This document shows, one piece after another, positions 19,749 to 29,413 of a stretch of 64,000 bases of DNA (positions are counted from its first letter, which is position 1; each line of letters begins with the position of its first letter). The position numbers were made by a program, and so were the translations under genes. This DNA comes from an uncultured bacterium (GTDB lineage: Bacteria; Actinomycetota; Acidimicrobiia; Spongiisociales; ZC4RG35). Below the pieces are notes generated by a model, which was not told the origin of the DNA, did no database searches, and saw nothing but the letters and a program-made list of their open reading frames with translations. Location of the stretch: positions 149,288 to 213,287 of the forward strand of contig CAVUYZ010000004.1 in NCBI GenBank assembly GCA_963745865.1, read 5' to 3'.

Positions 19749-21475
19749 GTAGCGTCACTCCGATGTTGACGATCAGGCTGATCGGTGCCCCCCGTTTCGA
19801 ACGCGACGGCACACCGATCGATCAGCCTCGCGGTGCCAAGACCTGGGCGCTGTTGGCGAGGATCATCAGGTCTGATCTCCCGGTTTCGCGGCAACGACTC
19901 GTCGAGGAGCTGTTCCCGGAGGCTGACGATCCCCGGGGCGCGCTTCGGTGGTCGCTCGCCGAATTGCGTCGCCGGACCGGTCTGGCCGACCGTTTCGGTG
20001 GTGACCCGATCGACCCGGATCTCGGGCCGGGGGTGGTCGTCGATGTCGATCAGATCCACGCCGGGGAATTCGGCGTCATCCCTGAAGGCGAGTTCCTCGA
20101 GGGAATCAATGTCAGGGGCGCGCCGGGGTTCGAGTCGTGGCTGCTCGTCGAGCGCCAGCGAATTGATGGCGAGATCACGTCGCTGCTGCGGGAGGCCACG
20201 CTCCGATCGATCTCCTCGCGGTCCTACGATCAGGCGATCGATCTCGCCAACGCCATGGTCCGGAGGTCTCCCTACGACGAGAGCCCGCACGTTCTCCTGA
20301 TCAAGGCACTGGCGCTGTCGGGTGACATCGAGTCAGCGGTGCGACAGGTGGATGCGAGCGAGTCGATGTTCCGCGAGGAGATGGGTGTCGAGCCGAGCCC
20401 GGCGCTTCGCAGCGCTGCCCGTCCGAGTGTTGCCGCCGCAGTCCCAGGAGTGTCGTTGCTGGCCTCGGCCCAGTCGATGCTCCGGGCCGGCCTCGCGGCG
20501 GTTTCGTCAGGTGCGGTCGACGCCGGCGTCGAGTGTCTTCGGCGGGCCAGTTCCGATGCCGCCGATGCCGGCGACGATCAGCTGCTCGCCTCCTGTCTGG
20601 TCGAACTCGGCACGGCGCTGGTCCACTCGGTTCGCGGGTACGACGACGAGGGAGCGGTGATTCTCGGCGATGCAGTGATCGCGGCGAGCGCCTCGGGCGA
20701 TCAACTGCTCGCAGCCAAGGCGGTCTCCGAGCTCGGATACATCGACATCATTGCCGGCCGGCGCCAGAGCGCCGACACGTACCTGACCGAGGCTGAGACC
20801 CTCGCCCCGGGAGATGTCGCTCTCGAAGCGGCGGTCGCCGGATTCCAGGCGATGAATCTGAGCGACTGGGGCCGGGAGGCCGAGGCATTCGAGCACTTCG
20901 AGAAGGCGCTCGATCTGAGTGCCGGGAATGGTCTTCACCGACGGCAGGTCTGGGTGCGCGGCCTCGGGAGTCGAACGTTGTACAACCTCGGGCGCTTCGA
21001 CGAAGCCGAGGACTGGGCCAGGAAGTCGATCGAGATGGCCGACGAGGAGCGGTGGACGGCATTCCGGCCGTGGCCAGAGAGTTGGCTCTCCTCCATCCAA
21101 TTGGCTCGCGGGCGAGATCCGTTGGCTGTCAGGACCGAAGCGGAGGAGACCTTCTCGCTCGCCCGCCAGCTCCAGGATCCCTGCTGGGAGGGGGTGTCGG
21201 CTCGTGTCATCGGGCTCACCCACGTTGCCACGGGCGATCGGGCGACAGGGCTGGATTGGATCGAAAACGCAGGTGGCTGGTGCATGCGGGTGAGTGACGG
21301 GTACCGGTGGGTGGAGACGTGGATCCACCTCACCGAAGCTCAGATCGAGCTCGAGAGCGGTGATCACGAACGGGCTGAGTCGATGGCGCGGCGCGCCATC
21401 TCCGAGTCGGCGAGCCGTCAGATGGACGGGCTTCTCGCCTCCGGAATGGAAATCCTGGCGGCAGTCAGGAGGTGA
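19745..21475 (+). CDS. SARP (AfsR/DnrI-type) transcriptional regulator with BTAD and TPR-like C-terminal region
   Basis: 576 aa. The winged-helix part reads LTIRLIGAPRFERDG..GAKTWALLARI..RQRLVEELFPE..DPRGALRWSLAELRR. A bacterial transcriptional activation domain follows (YDQAIDLANAMVRRSPYDESPHVLLIKALALSGD). Confidence 0.8.
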   Translation: MSSVTPMLTIRLIGAPRFERDGTPIDQPRGAKTWALLARIIRSDLPVSRQRLVEELFPEADDPRGALRWSLAELRRRTGLADRFGGDPIDPDLGPGVVVDVDQIHAGEFGVIPEGEFLEGINVRGAPGFESWLLVERQRIDGEITSLLREATLRSISSRSYDQAIDLANAMVRRSPYDESPHVLLIKALALSGDIESAVRQVDASESMFREEMGVEPSPALRSAARPSVAAAVPGVSLLASAQSMLRAGLAAVSSGAVDAGVECLRRASSDAADAGDDQLLASCLVELGTALVHSVRGYDDEGAVILGDAVIAASASGDQLLAAKAVSELGYIDIIAGRRQSADTYLTEAETLAPGDVALEAAVAGFQAMNLSDWGREAEAFEHFEKALDLSAGNGLHRRQVWVRGLGSRTLYNLGRFDEAEDWARKSIEMADEERWTAFRPWPESWLSSIQLARGRDPLAVRTEAEETFSLARQLQDPCWEGVSARVIGLTHVATGDRATGLDWIENAGGWCMRVSDGYRWVETWIHLTEAQIELESGDHERAESMARRAISESASRQMDGLLASGMEILAAVRR

Positions 21476-21497
21476 GCGGCGCCAGAGGTTGGCGCGA

Positions 21498-22043
21498 TCA
21501 GGCCTCGCTCGGTTCGAAGGCGGTCCACCACGTCCCGTCGGGATCCTGGAGGCTGAACTGGCGTCCGCCCCACCAGGCATCCCAGATGTCTTCGATGACG
21601 CTGGCTCCGTCGAGCATGTCGGCGACGATTGCGAGCCGTCTGAACGCCGAGCAGGTCTCGAAGAACGCCCACCCGTCCAACGCAGCCGGTCCGTCGATGT
21701 CGATATAGGCAGTGGTGAGCTGCTCGGCTGCCGTCGGCGGGCCGTACATCGAGATCAGCAGCCGTGACCAGTGAAGATCGAGCCGAGTGTCCGTGACCTT
21801 GACCGAGGTCCAGTCGATCACCGCCGGCGATCCATCGCGCGCGATCAGCACATTTGGTAGGAAGTCGAGATGGGTGGGTGCGACGATCGGCTCGACGTCA
21901 CCGATTCGGTCCATGATCCAGGACCCCGCATTCGCGAACCCCGGATGTCGGTCGATCGCCCGGTCGACGATCCACTCGATCCACTGCAGTGGCGGGTGCC
22001 GCGGATCAAACGGTGCCGATGGCAACTGGAGCAGGCCGGCCAT
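21498..22043 (-). CDS. short phosphotransferase (APH/choline-kinase fold) C-lobe-only protein
   Basis: 181 aa. THLDFLPNVLIARDGSPAVIDWTSVKVTDTRLDLHW resembles the HxDxxxxN...DW...D catalytic and Mg-binding loops. There is no ATP-binding N-lobe. The tail WGGRQFSLQDPDGTWW resembles the last strand of a VOC/glyoxalase fold. Confidence 0.35.
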   Translation of the reverse strand: MAGLLQLPSAPFDPRHPPLQWIEWIVDRAIDRHPGFANAGSWIMDRIGDVEPIVAPTHLDFLPNVLIARDGSPAVIDWTSVKVTDTRLDLHWSRLLISMYGPPTAAEQLTTAYIDIDGPAALDGWAFFETCSAFRRLAIVADMLDGASVIEDIWDAWWGGRQFSLQDPDGTWWTAFEPSEA

Positions 22044-22106
22044 TAGTTCGGGGCCGTCCGATCGGGCGGGTGAGTTCGGTCATCGCAACGAGCGTACCGC
22101 GCGGTT

Positions 22107-22140
22107 GGGCCCCGACCGCATGAGGCTGCGGTCGGGGCCC
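22107..22140 (-). terminator. strong hairpin downstream of the lipoprotein gene
   Basis: gggccccgaccgc (22107..22119) pairs with gcggtcggggccc (22128..22140), a 13-bp perfect stem with an 8-nt loop. Confidence 0.55.
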
Positions 22141-22182
22141 GCTTGGTGGGGTTCGGTGGCTGCGTCCACCGGACGGGATAGG

Positions 22183-22738
22183 TCAGCCGGCAACCGTCGC
22201 GTCCACGACCAGCGTGCCATCGACGATCTCACCGAGAAGCGAAACGGTCTGATCGGTCCAGCTGATGTCGCCCGAGTTGGAAAGGGGTGACGCCAGGACC
22301 TCTTCATAGCCGGTGACCGGCAGTGACGGTCCGCCGCACTGCGGAGGGAACGACTCGGCGAGGACCTCGCAGAGTCGCGCTCCTTCGGCGTCGATGAGCA
22401 GGAAGCCCTGGACGGCGATCACACCGCTGGCGCCGCCGCCGATGGCGTCGGAGACGGTGAGCCCGCCATCGACCAGCATCCCTGAGCCGGAATCAGGCTG
22501 ATCCGGGAGGTCGGAGGGAGGCGGCAACTCGTCGCCGCCGATGCCGGGCGTGTCGTTGCAGTCCGGCTCGCCAACGAGACAGGCGCCTGCCGCCGAGGGC
22601 GGTGCGTCCTCAGTGGCGGGTCGGGAGTGCTGCGGGGTCGTCGGCGGGAGTGGACTGCCCGTCTCCGCCACATGCCGCGGCAAACACGGCGAGAACGGTC
22701 AGGAGGGCAATCGCGCTCAGGTGGGTCTTGGGCTTCAT
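22183..22738 (-). CDS. lipoprotein of unknown function; frame broken once between ~22612 and 22680
   Basis: ATG at 22738 follows gaaggaa. The signal peptide and lipobox MKPKTHLSAIALLTVLAVFAAACGG are in one frame. The body (...EDAPPSAAGACLVGEPDCNDTPG...GMLVDGGLTV...) is ORF 22183..22683 in another frame. Length 556 = 3n+1. Confidence 0.6.
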
Positions 22739-22874
22739 TCGCGTTCCTTCTGGCAGATCGGTTGCTTCCTCGATGTGACGATCGAGCCGGGAGCCAGGTT
22801 CCCGGGTCTTCCGGAAAAGTGGCCAACACCGTGTGCTCGGGACTTTCTGCCCTAGGTCCCTCTTCACGGCGCCG

Positions 22875-24288
22875 GTGACGATCGAATCAGCGAACAAGGA
22901 GCCACGCCTGCCCTATCGAACGATCATCGAGCCTTTCCGCATCCACACCGTCGAGCCGATCGACTTCCCGACAGAGGAGGAGCGGCGAGCCGCGTTGGCA
23001 CGCTCTGGCTCACAACCTGTTCGGGTTGCATGCCGATGAGGTGATCATCGACCTGCTGACCGACTCGGGAACCGGAGCGATGTCGACCGCCCAGTGGGCG
23101 GGCATGATGCAGGGCGACGAGTCGTATGCCGGAAGTCGCTCGTTCTACCGATTCCGCGACGCCGTGGTCGGTGTGACCGGTCTCGCTCATGTGATCCCGA
23201 CCCATCAAGGTCGCGCCGCCGAGCGGATCCTCTTCCAGACCGCAGTGGGAGAGGGAGATGTCGTTCCGAACAACACACACTTCGACACCACGAGGGCCAA
23301 CGTCGAGTTCCAGGGAGCCGAAGCTCGCGATCTCGTCATCGATGAAGCCCGTGACCATTCATCGGACTATCCGTTCAAGGGAAACCTCGACGTCGACAAA
23401 CTCGAAGCCACGATCGAGGAGGTCGGGCGCGATCGGATTCCGCTCGTGATGGTGACCGTCACCAACAACTCCGGCGGAGGACAGCCGGTGTCGCTCGCCA
23501 ACCTGCGAGCCGTGCGGCGGGTGTGCGACGAGCACCAGATCCCGTTCTTCCTCGATGCCTGTCGATTCGCGGAGAACGCCTGGTTCATCAAGATGAGGGA
23601 ACCCGGACAGGAAGATCGCACGCCCCGGGAGATCGCTCGCGAGATGTTCTCGCTGGTAGACGGGGCGACCATGTCGGCGAAGAAGGACGGTCTCTCGAAC
23701 ATCGGCGGCTTTCTCGCGATGAACGACACCGAACTGGCCGATGCCTGTCGGAACCTGCTGATCCTGACGGAGGGATTCCCCACCTACGGGGGACTCGCCG
23801 GATACGACCTCGAGGCGGTGGCGACGGGGATCGAGGAGGTATTGGACGAGGAATACCTCAGGTATCGGACCCGGTCGACCGCCTATCTCGCCGACAAGGT
23901 GGACCGGGCCGGCATACCGATCCTCAAGCCGCCGGGCGGCCACGCCGTATACCTCGACGCCGCGAAGATGCTGCCCCACATTCCACCCTCGGAGTTCCCT
24001 GCACAGGCGCTGGCGTGCGCGTTGTATCTGGAGGGCGGTGTACGTGGAGTGGAGATCGGCTCGGTCATGTTCGGCAAGCGACTCGAGGACGGCACCGAGG
24101 TGGCGGCCGAGAGCGAACTGGTTCGCCTCGCGGTCCCGAGACGCACCTATACGCAGAGCCACATCGACTACGTCGGCGAGGTGATGATTGCAGTGTCGGA
24201 GCGGGCCGAACAGCTGCGAGGACTGCGGATCACGCATCAAGCGCCATGGCTCAGGCACTTCACCGCGAGGTTCGAACCCGTCGGATGA
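22875..24288 (+). CDS. tryptophanase / tyrosine phenol-lyase family beta-eliminating lyase; frame broken by an extra t at ~23010; start uncertain (GTG 22875 or CTG 22908 after aaggag)
   Basis: The N-terminus ...YRTIIEPFRIHTVEPIDFPTEEERRAALARSG sits in ORF 22833..23039. The rest (HADEVIIDLLTDSGTGAMS...VTVTNNSGGGQPVS...SAKKDGL...) is ORF 23026..24288. Deleting one nt gives ARSGHNLFGLHADEV. Confidence 0.85.
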
Positions 24289-24359
24289 CACCCGCGGGCC
24301 GAAAATGGCTCCGCAGGCTTCGACCCGGCGTGTCAGACTCGGTCCGACCCGGGAGAGGT

Positions 24360-25377
24360 ATGTCGTCGGTCGCCGTCGAAGATCTGAGCAAGACGTTCAA
24401 GGTTCCCGTCCGTGAGGAAGGGTTCGCCAACTCGATTCGCGCGCTGGTTCATCGCGAGTATCGCCACGTCGAGGCGGTCCGCCATGTCTCCTTCTCACTG
24501 GGCGCCGGCGAGGTGGTCGGGTTCCTCGGTCCGAATGGCGCCGGCAAGACCACGACGCTGAAGATGTTGTCGGGACTGCTCTATCCAAGCAGCGGATCGG
24601 CCACCGTGATCGGGTTCGACCCGTCGGACCGCCGGCCTGAGTTCCTGACGCAGGTGGCGCTGATCATGGGCAATCGCAACAGCTTGATGTGGGACCTGCC
24701 GGTTGCCGACTCCCTCGACGTGCGGAAGGCGATGTACTCGATCCCCGAAACCGACTATCGGTCGAGGCGGGAACGATTCACCGAACTGCTCGGCGTTGGT
24801 GACCTCCTCACCAAACCGGTGCGGAATCTGTCATTGGGAGAACGGATGAAGGTCGAGATCCTGGCGGCGTTGTTGCCGGCTCCGCCGGTGCTGTTCCTCG
24901 ACGAGCCGACGCTGGGTCTCGACCTCTCCATGCAGAAGCGGATCCGGGGGTTCGTGGCCGAGTATGCCGCTGAAGAGGGTGCCACGATCCTGCTGACCAG
25001 CCACTACATGGCGGACGTCACGGCTCTGTGCGAGCGAGTCATCGTGATACACCGCGGCGCTCTGCTCTTCGATGGTGACCTCTCCGACCTCTCCGACCGG
25101 TTCGGCGGCGTCAAGACCATCAGCGTGTCGGTCACCGGTGACCTCCCCGATCTGAGCGGCTACGCGACCGTCGTGGACACTTCGCCGTCGAAGGCGGTGC
25201 TCGAGGTTCGGCGGGACTCGGTGGCCCGCGTCGCCTCGAGACTGCTCGCCGACCTCGACGTCCTCGACCTCACGATCGAGGACCCACCGATCGAAGATGT
25301 GATCGAGAAGACGTTCGCTTCCGGCGACGCCGGCGAACGCCGAGGAGGTGACGGGGGTCGAGGAGGCGGCAACGTGA
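24360..25377 (+). CDS. ABC transporter ATP-binding protein (ABC-2 exporter type); probable 1-nt frame break near 25303-25340
   Basis: Starts MSSVAVEDLSKTF and has Walker A GPNGAGKTT, signature LSLGERMK and Walker B LFLDEP. As written it fuses in frame to the next permease. The +1 frame has much higher GC3 and ends at a TGA that overlaps the permease GTG (GTGA at 25374..25377). Length 1018 = 3n+1. Confidence 0.7.
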
Positions 25378-26174
25378 GGCGACTGCTGCCGGTGTATGCG
25401 GTCGAGTTCCGGATGGCGATCCAACGCCAGGCGCAGTACCGGGGCGCGGCGTTCATCAGCATCCTCGGGTTCCTGATCGAGCCGATCGTCTACCTCGTTG
25501 TGTGGAGGACTGTTGCTGCCGAGGCCGGATCGATCAACGGGTACGGTGTCGAGGAGTTCACCTCCTATTACATCGTGTGGACACTCGTTCGCGTGTTCAA
25601 TCTGGCGCTGGCGCCCGGTGCCTGGGATTGGTGGGTCCGGTCGGGGCGAATATCGAACGACCTCCTCCATCCCGTCGATCCCTATCACCGGAATCTGGCG
25701 AGCATGGCGGGTGCCAAGGTGGTCTGGATCTCGCTGTGGGTACCGGTCGCGGCAGTCCTGGTGCTGGTGTTCCGACCGGAGTTCTCGCCGAGCCTGCTCG
25801 AAGCCGGCACGTTCCTGGTGGCCGCCTGGGTCGGGTATCTGGTCAGATTCAACGTCCTGTGGCTCCTCGGCCTGGTCTCGTTCTGGACGACGCGCGCCGA
25901 GGCGCTGATCGCCGTCGTGATCGCGATGGAGCTTCTGCTGTCGGGTCGCCTCGTGCCGATGGCGGTGATGCCCGAGTGGGTCCAGGCGGTGTCCGCGTGG
26001 CTGCCGTTCAAATGGACGTTCCAGTTCCCGATCGAAGTGCTCATCGGCAGGCTCTCGACCGCTGAGATCCTGAGCGGACTGGGCGTGCAGCTGGTGTGGG
26101 CCCTCGTGCTCGGTGGGGTCATCGTCATCGTCTGGCGCCGGGCGATTCGCAAGTTCACTGCGGTCGGGACCTGA
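25374..26174 (+). CDS. ABC-2 family transporter permease
   Basis: VRRLLPVYAVEFRMAIQRQAQYRGAAFISILGFL... has multiple hydrophobic helices. It follows the ATPase in the typical ATPase plus two-permease layout. Confidence 0.65.
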   Translation: MRRLLPVYAVEFRMAIQRQAQYRGAAFISILGFLIEPIVYLVVWRTVAAEAGSINGYGVEEFTSYYIVWTLVRVFNLALAPGAWDWWVRSGRISNDLLHPVDPYHRNLASMAGAKVVWISLWVPVAAVLVLVFRPEFSPSLLEAGTFLVAAWVGYLVRFNVLWLLGLVSFWTTRAEALIAVVIAMELLLSGRLVPMAVMPEWVQAVSAWLPFKWTFQFPIEVLIGRLSTAEILSGLGVQLVWALVLGGVIVIVWRRAIRKFTAVGT

Positions 26175-26184
26175 GGTTGATGGC

Positions 26185-26988
26185 ATGGCGATGAAGCAAC
26201 TCCGTCACTCCCTCGGGATCACGCTCGTCCACTGGCGGCTCGGCGCTCAGTACGAGGTTCAGTATCGGCTGAACTTCGCCCTCCAGCTCGTCGAGTCGGC
26301 CGTGAGGCTCGTCACCGGAGTGGTGGCCATCCAGTTGGTCTTCGGGTTTGCTCGGGATCTGCGGGGATGGTCCGAATCCGAGCTCTTGGCGGTGCTCGGC
26401 GTTCACATTCTCCTCGGCGGGATGTTGGCGACGTTCGTGATCCCCAACATGTTCACCTTCATGTTCGAAGTCCGCGAGGGTGAACTCGATTTCGCTCTCG
26501 TCCGACCGGTCGATTCCCAGTTGTTCATCTCGACTCGTCAGATCCGGTTCTGGAATGTCGTCGACATCGCCGTCGGTGTCGTCGTGCTCAGCTGGGCGCT
26601 CTCGGGTATCGCCGGCGACCTGAGCGCGCTCGATGTGGCCATCTTCGTGTTCGCCCTCTTCTGTAGCGGGCTGATTCTCTACGCGGTATGGATGGCATTC
26701 ACGACAACGGCGTTCTGGCTGATCGATGTCGACGAGATGGCCAACCTCATCACCGGGCTCTATGACGCCGGGAGATGGCCGATCCGCGTCTATCCGCTGT
26801 GGCTCCAGGGAGCGTTGACGGTGGTCGTCCCTCTCGGTGTTGCTATCACCGTTCCGGCTGAAGCGCTCACCGGTCGTCTCACCCTTCCAACGTTGGGGTT
26901 GCTCGTGGTGATCGCAGTGGTCTCGGTGTCGTTGAGCCGCGCCTACTGGCGGTTCGGTGTCCGCAACTACTCAGGGGCGTCAGCGTGA
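26185..26988 (+). CDS. ABC-2 family transporter permease (second subunit)
   Basis: MAMKQLRHSLGITLVHWRLGAQYEVQYRLNFALQLVES... is a paralogue of the preceding permease. Confidence 0.65.
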   Translation: MAMKQLRHSLGITLVHWRLGAQYEVQYRLNFALQLVESAVRLVTGVVAIQLVFGFARDLRGWSESELLAVLGVHILLGGMLATFVIPNMFTFMFEVREGELDFALVRPVDSQLFISTRQIRFWNVVDIAVGVVVLSWALSGIAGDLSALDVAIFVFALFCSGLILYAVWMAFTTTAFWLIDVDEMANLITGLYDAGRWPIRVYPLWLQGALTVVVPLGVAITVPAEALTGRLTLPTLGLLVVIAVVSVSLSRAYWRFGVRNYSGASA

Positions 26989-27054
26989 GGGCTGCATCGA
27001 GTCGACGAGACTCAGCGCGATGCAGTCCAGTTCCTGTCGAGTCGGTTCACGCCC

Positions 27055-27486
27055 TCAGTCTGGAACGACGGCGACGGCCTTCAGCTCGAGGATGAGCCTG
27101 GGGTCTGTTGCAAGCCGGACGATTTCGATCGACGTGCTTGCAGGCCGGTGGTCACCGAGGTACCTGGCCATCGCGCGGTTCACTCCGTCTTGGTTTGTCG
27201 CCTGATCGACCATGAATCGAGTCAATTCGATGATGTCGGTCAGCTCTCCCCCCGCGGCATCGAGGACGGTGCGCAGATTCTCCATGCACATCGATGCTTG
27301 TTCCTCTGGGTCGCTCGGGATGTCGTCAAACTCCGAGGCAATATGTGGGTGCGTGTGGTAGACCGGTGCGGCAGTCACGCCTGCGAGATACACGATCTTT
27401 CCTCCGGTGACCTTGATCGCCGGGGTATATGGCATGTTGAACCGGGGTTCGTTTTCCTGGGTGTGGATGTATTCGTAGTTGCCCAT
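27055..27486 (-). CDS. RidA/YjgF/TdcF-family protein
   Basis: 143 aa containing PAIKVTGGKIVYLAGVTA...MENLRTVLDAAGGELTDIIELTRFM.... Confidence 0.7.
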   Translation of the reverse strand: MGNYEYIHTQENEPRFNMPYTPAIKVTGGKIVYLAGVTAAPVYHTHPHIASEFDDIPSDPEEQASMCMENLRTVLDAAGGELTDIIELTRFMVDQATNQDGVNRAMARYLGDHRPASTSIEIVRLATDPRLILELKAVAVVPD

Positions 27487-27523
27487 TGGCCTCTTCTCTC
27501 CTTGTTCGATGTTCTATGTTCGA

Positions 27524-28541
27524 TCAATCCCAGTCGAGGAATGTGGGAAGCCTTCCTCTCTCTCGAAGGCTTCCCACGATTCCGAGTGGGAAGAACAAGA
27601 GAACCAGGATGAGGATGACCCCGGTCACGACGATGTTCAGTTCTGACGAGCCGAACTGCACAACGGAGAACTCATTGATGATGACCAAGAATATGGCTCC
27701 GACGACCGGGCCGGCAACCGTGCCACGCCCACCGATGATCGCCATCAGAACCATTTGCGCGGCGATCGCAATGGTGAAGAAGATCGACGGTCGAAGGTAG
27801 GTCAAGGAGTACCCCCAAATCGCGCCGGCCACGCCTGGGAAGAAGGCGCTGAGCGTATATGCGATGACCTTGTATTTCCGTGTATCGATACCCAGCACCT
27901 CTGCCTTGATCTCGTCTTGGGCGATTGCCCGGAGACCGAGACCGAGCTTCGAGTGGGCGACCTTCCACGACAGAAGGACGGAGCTAACCGCGGCCGACAA
28001 GCATGGCGAGATAGAACGGAACACGCGCCCACTCGCGCGAGAATTCGGGAAGCGGGAGGCTCAAGCCATTGGATCCGCCGACGTACTCCCAGTTGTCGAA
28101 GATCAACGCGGCCATCAACAGGAGAGCAAGCGTCGCGATGATGAAGGCTGGTCCACGGGTTCGGAGCGTGATCAGGCCGACGCCGATGCCCACCGCCATT
28201 GCGACGAGACCTGCGAGCGGTGCCGAGATGAAGGGCGACCATCCCTGGTACACGAGGAGGGCACCAGCGACGTACCCCCCGATGCCGAAGAAGACGTTGT
28301 TACCGAGCGAGATGTATCCCGCGTAGCCTCCGATGAGGTTCCAACTCGTTGCGAGCGCAACCCACATCATGCTGATCGTCGCCATTTGCATGATGTAGTT
28401 GAATGTTCCGCCGATGAGCGGACGAGCAAACGGAAGCAAGACGAGAAGCAGGAGAAACATCGCTACGACGATGCCCTTGGATCTGCTGCTCTTGCTGGTG
28501 CTCTGGCTGCTGGTGGAATCGGAGGTTCTTGTCTCGCTCAT
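27524..28541 (-). CDS. livM: branched-chain amino acid-type ABC permease LivM; frame broken near 27990-27996
   Basis: ORF 27984..28628 (from MSETRTSD..., ...ATSWNLIGGYAGYISLGN...) and ORF 27524..28024 (...LGLGLRAIAQDEIKAEVLGIDT...IIGGRGTVAGPVVGA) join as ...FYLAMLVG AVSSVLLSWK.... Length 1018 = 3n+1. Confidence 0.85.
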
Positions 28542-29413
28542 CAGACGGCCTCTTTCTCCCCGAATAATCCTTGAGGTCTGATCAGGAGGATGACAAAGAG
28601 AGCGAGATAAAACGTCATCGGTGACCACGTGGATCCGAATGCATCACTCACGAAAGCGGCGAGCACTGCGAGGAAGAGCGAGCCGACGACGGCGCCCTTG
28701 AGGCTCCCGAGGCCGCCGAGGACGATGAGCGAGAGAAGCAGCGAGATCCAGCGCCAGTGCTGCCCGGGGAAGAAGGTGAACAGATAGCTGAGGAGGGAGC
28801 CCGCGGCACCAGCCAACGCCATTCCAATTCCGAAGGAGATCGTGGAAACCCGGTGCACGTTCACGCCGACGGTCTGCGCAGCCGTTCGATTCTGCGTCGT
28901 TGCCTGGATTGCGTAGCCGGTCTTCGTGTACCTGAGAAATGCCCAGAGACAGGCAAGGAGCACCATGCTCGCCAGCGCCCCATACAGCTGACCCTTCGGG
29001 ATGAAGAGGTCGCCGATCAGAAATGCCTCAGTCGAATAGGTCGGGCTGGTCGAGCGAAAGATCCCCGTGAAGGAATACCCCATCAGGCCCTCCAAGACGA
29101 GTGCAATTCCGAACGTCAAGAGCACCGTCATCTCGCTGTATCGATCGCTTCCTTCGAGGAAAGGAAACAGTGAGCGGTATACGACCACGCCAACGAGAAA
29201 CATCGCGGGCATCGTCACCAAGAGTGATACGAACGGGTCTACGCCCAACTCCGTGTATAGGAAGAACGAGGCATAGGCGGCGAGGAGCATGAACGCGCCG
29301 TGGGCGAGATTCACGATGCGCATCACTCCGAAAAGGATCGTCAGGCCGGATGCCATGAGCGCGTACACCCCGCCGAGCACCAGTCCGAGGATGAGGGTTT
29401 GAAGGATGCTCAC
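28541..29413 (-). CDS. livH: branched-chain amino acid-type ABC permease LivH
   Basis: Intact 290 aa ORF: MSILQTLILGLVLGGVYALMASGLTILFGVMRIVNLAHGAF.... Confidence 0.88.
   Translation of the reverse strand: MSILQTLILGLVLGGVYALMASGLTILFGVMRIVNLAHGAFMLLAAYASFFLYTELGVDPFVSLLVTMPAMFLVGVVVYRSLFPFLEGSDRYSEMTVLLTFGIALVLEGLMGYSFTGIFRSTSPTYSTEAFLIGDLFIPKGQLYGALASMVLLACLWAFLRYTKTGYAIQATTQNRTAAQTVGVNVHRVSTISFGIGMALAGAAGSLLSYLFTFFPGQHWRWISLLLSLIVLGGLGSLKGAVVGSLFLAVLAAFVSDAFGSTWSPMTFYLALFVILLIRPQGLFGEKEAV

Noticed and set aside
24269-24279. A tRNA-like T-arm sequence, ggttcgaaccc.
   Set aside because: It lies inside the 3' end of the lyase CDS (..ARFEPVG*). No acceptor or anticodon stems can be drawn around it.
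23523-24359. Long N-terminal extension of the ABC ATPase ORF, overlapping the lyase gene in another frame.
   Set aside because: The translation is Arg/Gly-rich nonsense. A good start (gggagagg followed by ATG at 24360) gives a normal ABC N-terminus.
26989-27054. Weak hairpin (ctgcatcg...cgatgcag) between the convergent permease and RidA genes, considered as a terminator.
   Set aside because: It has an 8-bp stem with a ~19-nt loop and no T-tract, which is too weak to call.
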